In this document: piece by piece, positions 38,886 through 51,100 of the stretch | How positions within the stretch are numbered: the stretch's first letter is position 1 | Layout of the letters: the number at the start of each line of letters is the position of its first letter | DNA from: Bugula neritina | Lineage: Eukaryota > Animalia > Bryozoa | Assembly (NCBI GenBank): GCA_964035545.1 | Contig: OZ037769.1 | Coordinates: 17,018,633 to 17,082,632 of the forward strand | Reading direction: 5' to 3' | DNA length: 64,000 nucleotides | Notes under the pieces: model-generated | What the model was told of the DNA's origin: nothing | Databases searched by the model: none | The model's input: the letters and a program-made list of their open reading frames with translations, nothing else | Made by a program: the position numbers and the translations under genes

Positions 38886-41800
38886 ATGGCCATGGCTGAG
38901 CCGATGGCGCAGGTTAACTTGTCTCGAACTCTCAGACTCCGAGGTGGCTGCCGGTGGGCTGTTCAGCATGCCTGCTTGCTGCCTACAGTAGAAGGTGAGC
39001 TATTCATGTTTAGACCTTCAGAGAGATTGTATAGGAGTTGTTTTATGAGAGCCAAATCTATTTACAGGTTGCATGTCTTATTCATCACGTATTGCTGAAT
39101 GATAAGTTCCATAAAAAAGCATGAAGATTAAAACATTACATTGTGTGGCCTAAGTTTTAGCCTTTTCTAGAAAATACCAGAGCTGTGTTTGTGTTAAAGG
39201 CCTGGCAGTGTTGGAGTTGTCACTTTCTAAGCGTAAGAATGCCCAAGTGGAAGTAACTCTCTCTTCAATGGATTCGTACACACAGCCTGTAGAGTGTAAA
39301 GATATTGATGCTATTCAGCTTGTGAGGCAGTTAGATGGCAAGCCACACGCAGTGAGTGGATCAACGAGCTCTACTTTAAACTGTTTTAATCTTAGATATA
39401 CTAAATGCTACTTTCACAGCCCGACTTATTGACCTGATTAAGACTTTGAGAGAAAAACCTGAATGTTATGTTGGAGTTTATTCACCAACATGTTCTTACA
39501 AGGAAATTTGCTTTTTTTCGTAGGGTTTGATTTCTGTGATTTATAGATCAGTTGATGAGTTTTGTTTATAAGTTGCCATGGTAACAGTTCTGTGTTGTTT
39601 GACTTTAGATACAGAGACTGAAGTTAGACAGAGTTGTCTGCCCCTTGATAAAGTCTATGGGAGACCACCTAGCTGTGCGACAGGTAAACACTGTAGTTAC
39701 TAACTAGCGATACAAGTAGTGTTTGTGTAGAGCTCCGTGCTGGATATTTCTAGTTCAAGATTCAGTCGTTGAGAAACTAATCTATTTTTGATGACAAAAT
39801 ATACATATTCCTAAGTCTTATCAGGTTTGCTCGTTAAGGAGTTGTCTGCTTTTTTCTCCAGTGTTGCTGGGAGCCGGGGGGCGGCCGGCCCCAACCCAAA
39901 GTAGCCGTGTTAGCCCAGGAACTGTTGCTCTACAAGTACACCAACCATAACTGGAGGGAGTGCGCCAACCTCTCCCAAGCTCTCTCGGACCACCTGGGGC
40001 AGCACCCGCTGCCGAACAACTCGGATGACGTGACGGAGGTGTTCAAGGCTCACAGTCGGTACATCAGAGTCATGCACTGGGCTGTCGCCGGTATCTTCGT
40101 AGCCAACAGTTACAGCCGCTTGTTTGTCATGAGATTCTCGGCTGAGGGCTGGAAGGTGTTGGGACTAGACTTGGGGTCTGTGAGTGTGGGGGGTGTGTGT
40201 AGCCTCTCGTCTCTTCACTCTGGTAGTGGTGCAGGAACTCTGGTTGTTGGAAGACTTGATGGGACGTGTACTCTCGTGACCTTGAATTCAGCCTTCAAGG
40301 TCACGTCTTCTCGTACTCTCAGTCTGGAACCTGACTATCGGCCAATAGAATGTCTTCACACCATATCGGTAGTTATCTTCTCTTCTCAGTGTATTCTCAG
40401 GAGTTATGCTCTCTGTAATGTTGACTTGCAGTTTATTCTTTCGCAACTCTAGTTATGTTAAGTTGACTGTATATTTACTGTGTATAGATATATTGTATAT
40501 TTACTTTATAGAGATATATTGTAGGGTAGATATGGCTATAACTGTATGCTTGTAGAATAAAGAAATAGTATTCGTCAAACACACAGACATATTCATATAC
40601 AGTTACGGACAGGAAGTACTCAAAACCTACACAGTATATGAAACTAAGTACAGCGTTGTCCAAGCTACTGCTGACTCCGCCCATTTATATATCGCTACTA
40701 ATGAGTCAGGTGTATTCGTAAAGGTAATACCTGTAATAACTGCAGGTATTATTTCCGGATAGCCAGTGTTGCAGCTGTGAAATTCATTTTTGTTGAACCT
40801 TCAAGATGTACAAAATTCTAAACTCTAATATAATTTACTATAAGCAGCAGTTTCTCCATGAAATGTAAAGAGCAGGTGCTAGCAAGTTGTTTCTATGATT
40901 CAGAGCAGAGCAAGTGGTGACACTGTGCGACACCTGCCCAACCTGCCAAACTACTCTTGCTACGGGTTGACACTCAGTCCTAGTGCCACATTCCTTCTGA
41001 CAGTAGCTCAGCCTGTCTCTGTTGACATGTACATACACAACAAACCACTTTCGGTACGTGTCATTTGTTAATATCAGTTTCAGTAGTGTTACTCAAACTC
41101 AAACCAAATAATTTTCTTCATCATATTATGTCATCTTCATTATATTGAACATTGATAGGTAGTTTTCTTAATTTACTGCATAACTGTGTGTCATGTGTCA
41201 GCTATTGATTATACCCTGTAAGCCTTACAATGATGTTATATTCTCTTCTCTCTAGGTGCAAGTCTTCAGTCTGAAATCTTTAGAAAAATATTTAGAATCT
41301 CTTTGGAATTCTTCGACTACATCCGACATCTCCTTTGAAACCTTCATTATGATTGGTTAGTTGAAATTCTTACCGTAACACACTTGTAATAGAAAATTGT
41401 CTCAATGTTAAGCTGTTGCTAGGTAACTGCTTACTCGTTGTTAGGTAATTGTTTACTCGTTGTTAAGTAACTGCTTACTCGTTGCTAGGTAATGGTTGCA
41501 TGAATCTACCGGATTGGCTGATCAGGGAAATAGACAGAGATTTGCTAACGGCCAACTTCACACACATGCAACTCAGAATTCTCTACATTGTGTGTTTCGT
41601 GACACAGAAGAGCTCCAATCTTGAGCCAGGTGTTGCTGATAGGTATGTGTTGCTGTAAACTCTGAGCCAGATGTAGCTGATAGGTATGTGTTGCTGTAAA
41701 CTCTGAACCAGGTGTTGCTGATAGGTATGTGTTGCTGTAAACTCTGAGCCAGGTGTAGCTGATAGGTATGTGTTGCTGTAAACTCTGAACCAGGTGTTGC

Positions 41801-42351
41801 TGATAGGTATGTGTTGCTGTAAACTCTGAGCCAGGTGTAGCTGATAGGTATGTGTTGCTGTAATTTTCGAGAAGCATGGAAAGTAAATTATCTGTAGTTG
41901 TACTTGTTGTGGGCATAGTTTTACCCTCATGTTGATTTTAGGAACAAAATTGTGTTTCAGGTTGAAGAAGTTGTCTTCCCTGAAACTGCGTCTCACTTTA
42001 CAACACATGAAGAGCAGAGAGACGGTCAGCTCTTCACACATTAACCTCATTGAACAATTGTGCACAACACAGCCTACCTCTTGGGACGTGTCTCGTCTCC
42101 CCGGCACCAAGTGTGTGATATGTGGAAAGAATCTCAGTCTAGCACCAGAGCTATTGTATTGTTGTGAAGATGGGCACGGTTTCCCTGCATGCTCCAACAC
42201 AATGCTACCCATTGTGAGTGCCAGCCCTGACAGGTGCTCTCTGTGCTCTGCATACATTATAGACTTGAGTGACACGACGCGTGACATGGAGTCGCTTATT
42301 GCTGACACTTGTGCTTACTGTGGAGGTGTCAAACAGGTCTCCGACACTTAG
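38886..42351 (+). CDS. GTF3C4: General transcription factor IIIC subunit 4 (TFIIIC90)-like
   Basis: C-terminal Cys cluster CVIC...CEDGH.F..C..T...CSLC...CAYCGG fits the zf-TFIIIC pattern; WD-like middle with CCWEPGGG..AVL; GT-AG exons. Divergent, so identity rests mostly on the zinc finger. Confidence 0.65.
41415..41493 (+). repeat. 22-bp tandem repeat spanning a GTF3C4 3' splice site (4 copies)
   Basis: GTTGCTAG|GTAACTGCTTACTC; AG ends at 41422, 41444, (41466 mutated) and the real site 41488. Confidence 0.88.
41623..41862 (+). repeat. 41-bp tandem repeat spanning a GTF3C4 5' splice site (6 copies)
   Basis: GAGCCAGGTGTTGCTGATAG|GTATGTGTTGCTGTAAACTCT; donors at 41643, 41684, 41725, 41766, 41807, 41848. 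Confidence 0.93.
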
Positions 42352-42897
42352 CCACACATGATAATTACATGGAGAGAAGTTGGGCAGGTGCTCTCAGTAC
42401 TCTACACACAGCTCAGCGACACATGACATCAAGTGCTCTTTTACTGTGACTTGTTTAGGCTGTAGAAGGCTCAAAGTGGTCAGGTTAACAATATTCGTTG
42501 GAATAAATTTGTTCATAATATAGGAACCTTCACATGTTAGCACTAGTTTTGGAAGTAATCAGCTTAACAGTTATTATGCAGATTTACTGTTAAATATTTG
42601 AGATATGTATTTAAGAGAAGATAACTCTGTAGGAAAGAATACAGCCATGTTAGAGAAATGGTACGTGAAAAACTTTACTTGTTGGGATGCTTTTGTAAAA
42701 CTAGAAAATTTAAATTGTTTTTGAATCTTTTTTATTGTTATTAAATGATTTTATTAAATATAAATTACATTAAAAAAGACATAGACACTGCAGTTAAAAC
42801 TCTCTTATTTAGAAGGAACGTTTTCACCATATAGCTATCCAATTGTGTTTTCCCGCAGTATTAATAGAAATAAATAGATTCTCATAATATATTAAGT

Positions 42898-45800
42898 TCA
42901 TTTAGTGGGGAACTGTTTGAGTCTCTCCTGGAGCAACTTCCACGCTGTCTCTACTTGCTGCTGAGTCACCTGGTAATCCCAGAGTGTACAGAGCATGACA
43001 TTAGAGTTGTCTACTCTGTACTCATTACTAGACTGAGATCTGATACGCTTGAGGGCCTCTTCCTCACCCAGCCCATCTCTAGCATGTAGCCTCAGCACTG
43101 CCTCTTTCTCTGGTATCACACATGACCAGACCTCGTGTAGCTGAGAGCTCCAGTTGGCCTCCAGTAGGAGGGCTGCCTCTATGAAACACACTTCTTTACC
43201 TGCAGGGTGAGCACAGGATCTTAGGCTAGTATGATAGCATTCTCTTGAAGTACTAGAGCAGGGCCAGTTTGGTGTATACCATCTGGTTTAGTTTATTAAC
43301 AGAAGTTAAACTATTACACTCGATTCACTTCTACTACTAAAACGCTCCCTGTCCACAGCAAGGAGAAATGTAACCCTGACTACAAGTAATTATATTACAT
43401 AACTTGAATACCTTGCTGGTGGAGCTCCCCTATTTTCTGCTGTACTAACTTTGCTGTGGCCGGCCAAACAATCCCATTCAGCTGGTCCAGTTTTGACTGG
43501 AAGTATAAAAATAGCATACAATGCAGAATATTTATATAGCAAACCTGGAAATATGCTTTTGTATTGGCAACTGCTGTAAAACTATTTGCATACCAGAGCA
43601 AGTAAGAGTGTAGGTATACTGTCTGTCTGGTGACATCACTAGAGAGTAGCTCACCTGGTCACTAAACACAATTGTGCCAAGCTTGCGTCTTTCAATCTCA
43701 CCACTCTCTGGGTTAACAATATCTTCTCCAAATGTCTTTACTATCTTGTGGTATGCTTCACTCCCTTTAGTATAGGCTTTGTGAGCTGAAGTGGTAATAT
43801 GTATCAGTATTATATTATATATAGTATATATCAGTTTTATATTATATATAGTATATATAAGTATTATATTATATATAGCATATATTAGTAATATATTATA
43901 TACCCAGCAAATCGCTAGAAATTAGACCAGCTCCGAGAGCTTCTAGTCTTTTCCCCACGGAGCTTTTACCGCTGGCTATACCTCCGGTTAAACCAATCAA
44001 ATACGGCCTTGCTGGCAAGTTACTTCGTGGCTGTAGAGTAGAAAATGTAAACCGGTTTTAGTTATGCATAAAAAACAGCTTGTCGCCATAGCAACACAAG
44101 TAATAATTAAATCATTCAACAACTGTTGGAATCAGAATTTAACTCAAGAGAAAATCATTGTTAGCTAGTTTGTATTGCATTTTGGATCAATTTTATGTTT
44201 ATATTTTCTTGAGAGTGTACAAATATACCACAGGACATAGTTTGCATCTAGTATTTAATGCAGTACTTCAGGTTGGCGTAGGAGTCGTCCCAACTTCTGC
44301 TCTCTGATGGAAGAGGAACTAACTTTCGCATCTTGGTGAGCATCATGGGAGTCGTCTGCTACTAGAGGAATGCAGAACTTGGCCATCGGTGAGAAGCCCT
44401 AGAAACAGACCATGTGCAATTTACTCAGTCTATGAAAATTTTCTTCCAAAGCCAAGAGCCACAGACAATGTTATTAGATCTATTAGTAGTAGCTTTGAAA
44501 TGTTTGTATATTTTAACTTTTCAGCCCTTCATTTCTAGCCTCCCGGAAAAGATACTCTAATGTGAGCAGACAATAATGCTTCTACCAATAACATACTTTA
44601 CCAACTCTCTGCTCGTTAATCATATCTGCGCCTTTCTTGGTCTCTTCGCTAACAACTATGCACTGTAGCTTCTCATCTGTTACGGTTGGTCCGTAGACGT
44701 CCCTCAATGTCACCACCTCATACTCAATCTCAGGCCGCACCTGCTCTACAAATTCTCTAATGGCCGCTTTGCGATCTTCTATGGGAGTTATCAGCTCATT
44801 CAAGGTCTTTCCTGCCAATATTAAATTTTTAGTTAGCACTAAGCAATAGGCTGGCATAATATAGTCACATGATTTGTAAAGCTATGAGTCATACCAATAG
44901 TTGTTCAGAGAACTGGCTTTTAAATTATCTTGTTTTTCAACAACAAAGACAAGATTTAATAGTTGTACTACTTACTCTGATTCATAGCTTGGTCAGTCAC
45001 ACCGATAGTGAGTGACTTGTTGGTTATAGCTATCGCAGCACCTAGCAGTACTTTGTGTCCATTGTGGATAGAGTCAAATGTACCACCCAGTGCGCAGTAG
45101 TCATAAGTTTGAGGATCTAAGTCTTGGAACAGAGCTTCTAGATTATCATTAGGAGTTGTCTCATCAGCCTTGCAGCTGATCACCTACCGGGGAAAATAGT
45201 TCCCCATGTGAGGTTCAGACAATTATTGAGAAAACACTTTAAGTTTAAAAAATTGTGAGAAACTTTCTCAATAGGGTGTGGCATATCTAGGTGTGACTAG
45301 GGTGTGACATATCTAGGATATATAATTGCTGAAATAAAACTACGGGAGTTACCTGAACATCTGGGGAGAGACCAAAGTATTGTTTCGCTGCATCGACTAG
45401 AGGATCCATATGGTGGACATCCACAAGCAAGAGGTTTATGTCACTTTCCAGTCTTTGAGGTTGTTGAGGGGAATATCTTTGAAGAACAGTAAAATTCAAC
45501 AAGGGGGCGTGCTTTGATGCTGAATTGTATACATGTGATGTACATTGCAGCAACTTTTTCAGGTAAGGTCGTGTTGAAAATAAACCAGATGAAAAAGCTG
45601 AAACAATACAAATCAACATTTCATCTTGCTTTGTGGCACAACTTAAAGTCTAACAGTCAGCAGATATGCAATTGTCACTAAGCCACACCATAAGTTTCAG
45701 CACCTGGAAGTGGCAACCGACGCAAAGACACATTTAAAACAAATATAAACTTTTTGGCTTCTATTCAAGAGCACTGAATAGTCAGTGAATAGGACAATAC

Positions 45801-46083
45801 TAACGTTAAACGGTTAATACAAAAATAAATGTTGTAAAATAAAATGAAACTTCAACACTTGTCAAGCTTCAGATGATTAATGCAAAGTTATTTTACCTGT
45901 GGTTGTAGAACTAGAAGTTGAACTTGATGTACTTGTACTTGTAGGAGTGGCAGAATACATGTGAACAAATACTTGTTTCTCAACGTTTTTATACGTGCTG
46001 ACATTCTTCAATGCACTTAATACATTCGCAGAAAATCTAGCAGTTGAGACATCTAGACACATCAAAACTGATTTAGAAGACAT
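42898..46083 (-). CDS. COASY: Bifunctional coenzyme A synthase (PPAT + dephospho-CoA kinase)
   Basis: PPAT motifs LGGTFDSIHNGHK, DVYGPT..D..LQCIVVSEET and SSSSIR; DPCK P-loop IGLTGGIASGKS, IERRKLGTIVF, LNGIVWP, EAALLLEANW. Confidence 0.96.
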
Positions 46084-48120
46084 TACTGAATCTGATTAGT
46101 GATTACATTTACTTTCAGTTCGAGTTTCACTTCAGTTTAACTTCAAGTTTTACTTCAACTTCTTTGACTTTGATTCATTTATTGTATTACAACATAATGA
46201 TAAATGTACATCTCACTAAAGATAACCCAATTAAAACTATCGCAGCTTGTATAAACACAATTATAACTTCACTTTGTTTATTGACAAGGTCTCAAACTAT
46301 ATTATGTTTATACTTGGAGTTTAACCAACTTTTTTTTACTACGGTTTCTATTTTACAGAGGGCAAAGATGTAGCTCAGGCACATAAGTTACACACATGAA
46401 CGGGTCTCTAACAGTGCCCCCGTACAAGATTTAGACTAAAATATCTTCTATATTTTGCGAGAAATGAAAATAATTCCAATATAAAGTACATTAAAATAGT
46501 CTCCAAAGCTAAAGTAATTTAAAACTAAAAAAATTTTTTGAGCTTCAAATTAAACAAAAATATTCAATTACCTTTTTTTTATTAAAAGTTATTTTATAAA
46601 AAATATTTAAGTTTGGAGATTACGTTTGTAGCTAGTAAATTTGCAAAGTATAGTTGATATTCATGTCAAATTATGAATTGACGGTATAATGATAATCATA
46701 ATCACTATCGGCTATCAAGGTACAAGCTGAAATTGAATCTCCTGTTGCAGTTGTGCTCACCATATTATATATGTGCGATAATATCATTATAATACAAATA
46801 ATTTGTCAGTCATCTCACAAAATTGTTTTATTTTATATGCAATAAAATTAAAGTTAAACTCAAACTGGTACTGGTACTCAACTGGTAGTGTCCGGCCCAG
46901 TGTGAGTGTGAGTGGCAGCCGTAGTGGTAGTACAGGTACTACTAGTAATAAGTAGTGTAGTAGTAGTAGCACTAGCTGTAGTGAAGTACTCTACTACTAC
47001 TACTACTAGTACTAGTAGTAGTACTAAGTCTAAGGTCTGAGAGTAAGTTAAAGTACTACTACTACTAGTAGTAGTTCTGTACTAGGTCTAGTAGTAGTAG
47101 TACTAGTACTAGTAGTAGACTACTAATAATAATCGTACTCGCAGTAGTAGTAGCTGTTAGTCATGGTGTTAATAATATTAATATTAGTAATACTAATAGT
47201 AATAATATTAATACTAATAGTATAATAAAATTAAGTACAGACTACTACTACTAGTTATTATATATTTATATTAGCATTATTATTATCAATAATTATGAGT
47301 ATAACTATAATGATAATAATCATAATGATAAAAATTAAATCTATTGTCATAATTTTATAATTATTTGATTATATCTTATTCTGATCCTAATACTCAATTT
47401 TATACTCGTAGTGTCAGTCAAACTAGTCAAATTCAATTTCAAGAGTCAAACTCGATGTCATTTCGTGATTTACCATCACACACTTACAGTCATAGTGAGT
47501 CATACTCATAGTGATAATTGTTAGTATTATGATTATGATTATCTCAATATCATTATTTTTATCATTATCAATTAGCATCATAACTATATTTATATTTATA
47601 ATGATGAAGATCAAGTTATCATAGAAAAACTTTCCATCTTATAATTATCGATTCTTAAAGTTAAAGTAAGTAATTTATAATATTGTAATTATATAATTAT
47701 TATTATAATATAAACATTAAAGTCTTGCATTTGCTCACTTCTTAATCTCAACCAACTGAAAGGGAGTTTCAGTCATGTATTAGGTTTAATAGTTTTACTG
47801 TCTATATTTTTTATCAATCTGATGTTGTATTACTAATTCCTGCAAGCTCATGGCTACTAAACTCTTAGTTATATGAATCAACTAATCTACAGTGGACTGG
47901 AGATATCTGATAGTTATGGTATACTTCTTTATAGACAGATTAATGTAATTGGTTGCTACTAAAAGAAGAAGATACACAGACTAAGTGACTAAATGCATTC
48001 ACTAATGTACTTTCAGATAAAAGGGGTTCAACTAAATTAAGATTTTTGAATGTTGAGATATGACATCATGTTTGTAAGTTTTCCTCTCTAACTGATGCGA
48101 AGCCATCAACTCAAGCTGCT

Positions 48121-51100
48121 ATGACTCTCCTCCAGATTCAGAATGAGGTGAGTAGAGTATTCAGAATGAGGTGAGTAGAGTATTCAGAATGAGGTGAGTA
48201 GAGTATTCAGAATGAGGTGAGTAGAGTATTCAGAATGAGGTGAGTAGAGTATTCAGAATGAGGTGAGTAGAGTATTCAGAATGAGTTGAGTAGAGTATTC
48301 AGAATGAGGTGAGTAGTGTATTCAGAATGAGGTGAGTTGAGTATTCAGAATGAGGTGAGTAGAGTATTCAGAATGAGGTGAGTAGAGTATTCAGAATGAG
48401 GTGAGTCTAGTTGTTACGTTGTGTCTCACTTTTTTAGCCGGAACTGATTCAAGCTTGTTTCCATGGCTACGCAGACGAAGTCAGAGCTATCATTTACAAC
48501 AAGTCGGAGGAAATAAACTATCAGGTGAATGTGCGGTCACAACGCTATGCCTACCTGGGTACTCGAGACCATGTCGATGCATTGAGTGGAGTTGTAACTA
48601 GGCTGTGCATTGTTTCTTATTATGTTAATGTTAATAAGAGAGCATGATATAAGTTTTTAAGCAAATCTAGGCCCTTTAATCTATGAGAAATATTTTTGTA
48701 CAGATCTATGATTTAGATTGTGCTAACTCGGTTGTGAGAGATCAGATTGTGTTTGTAGGACCGAGAGAAGAGGACAGCACTTCACGCTGCCGCGTATTGC
48801 GGAGAACCCGACATCATTGACCTTCTCATACTCAGCGGAGCTCCGCCCAACCACAAGGACAGCAAGTGGAGGACTCCGCTACACAGAGCTTGCTGTAGTA
48901 GGAGTGCTGTGAGTCACCGCTTGTCTACCAGTTACTAGTTACAATACTGAGTTACTATTGAGAGTACTGAGTTACCATTAGTTGGAGTACTATAACTTAC
49001 AGTACTACTAGTTAAGGTGATGGAATAGTTGGAGTACTGAGTTATTCCTACTACTACTTCTAGTATTAGTAGGAATTCATGTAATTAATTGTGAAGGTAG
49101 ATTACTAGTATGATACTAGTATGATGTTATCAACTTACAGGAAGTGATGTCATGATTTGTATTGTAATCTGCAGATCTATTCGGCTCATTAGCTGAGAGT
49201 ATGTTAGTATGTCCATATGATATTATATACTATACTGTATGTTATATAACTCATCATATGATATTGTACACTATACTGTATATTATATAACTCATCATAT
49301 GATATTATATACTACACTGTATATTATATATCTCATCATATGATATTATATACTTTACTGTATATTATATATCTCATCATATGATATTATATACTATACT
49401 GTATGTTATATAACTCATCATATGATATTATATACTATACTGTATATTATATATCTCATCATATGATATTATATACTACACTGTATATTATATAACTCAT
49501 CATATGATATTATATACTTTACTGTATATTATATATCTCATCATATGATATTATATACTATACTGTATATTATATATCTCATCATATGATATTATATACT
49601 ACACTGTATATTATATAACTCATCATATGATATTATATACTTTACTGTATATTATATATCTCATCATATGATATTATATACTATACTGTATGTTATATAA
49701 CTCATCATATGATATTATATACTATACTGTATATTATATAACTCATCATATGATATTATATACTATACTGTATGTTATATAACTCATCATATGATATTAT
49801 ATACTATACTGTATATTATATATCTCATCATATTCCAGGCTAGTGTTGAGGTGCTGCTGAAACACAGTGCTGACGTGAATGCCAGAGACAAACAGTGGCA
49901 GACACCGCTACACGTTGCTGCCAGTAATAATGCTGTCGGGTAAGTCTCTACACATACACAGATTTGTCACTCAACTATGTCTGAGACCATCTATAAGCCT
50001 GCCCTCGTACTGCTCATACTGCACCACTCTATAAAAGTTATCTCCCTCTGTCATATTTTACATTCTTGAAATAATATCTGGTATTTTCCAGGTGCGCTAA
50101 GATGTTGCTCCCCCTGGTGACCAAACTAGACATGACGGATCGCACCGGACGCTCTGCTCTGCACCACGCCGCCTTCAACGGGCACACAGCGGTATGTTGT
50201 ATATACAGTCTTGTAGTTGTGGGATTTATGCTCTCTTATCTGGTGTAGCCTGTGATCTGAAACTTGGTGTTTCTGCAGATGGTGAGCTTGCTGTTGGAAA
50301 ATAGGGCTAAGATAAATGCTCTAGACAAGAAGGAACGTCAGGCTATGCACTGGGCGTGTTTTATGGGTCACATCGACGTGGTGATGGAGCTGGCGCAGCA
50401 CGGGGCTGATCTGGCTTGTCCGGATAAGCAGGTGCGAATATCATAAATATAATCCACTATCATCTCTGTGAGTATACAGTATGGAATACATGACCACCGC
50501 TGCCCTGTATGTCATCGCTGCCTCTCTTCTCTTCAGATGTTTACCCCGCTGCACGCCGCTGCCGCTGGAGGTCAGACCACCGTCGCTAAGTTCCTCCTGG
50601 AGATGAACGTAGACGTCAATGCTGTCAACTGTAACGGCAACACGCCTCTTCACATAGCCTGTCTCAACGGCATGGACATCATTGTCACTGATCTCTTGGC
50701 TTATGGAGCTTCCATTCTTGTGACTAACACTAAGGGACAGGTAGATATCAGTGATATTGACTAGACTGGTTATTCTGTGACGTATGCGCCCTGTGTTTAT
50801 AGTTAGTGTTCACATCTAGCAGCCAATAGTGTGCCTTGTACCTTGCAAAGTGTATATTTCATGGACAAGCCTTGCTAACAGATCAAATCTTCTGATTTAT
50901 CTCCACTTGTTCTCCACTCTGTGTGTTTTCTGATCTCCCTGCACTTTCCATTATAATATCAACTATCACGTTGTCGTAGACCCCGTTACACTACGCCGCC
51001 GGGGCCTCGTATAGTGACACCATACTAGCAGTGTTGGCCAATGAGAAGGCAGATGTGAATGCCAAGTGTCAGGAGGGGAGAACTCCTCTACACATAGCAG

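Noticed and set aside
38886-42351. Functional link between the TFIIIC subunit gene and nearby tRNA genes
   Set aside because: tRNA genes are dispersed and lie 20-39 kb away; the proximity is most likely chance.
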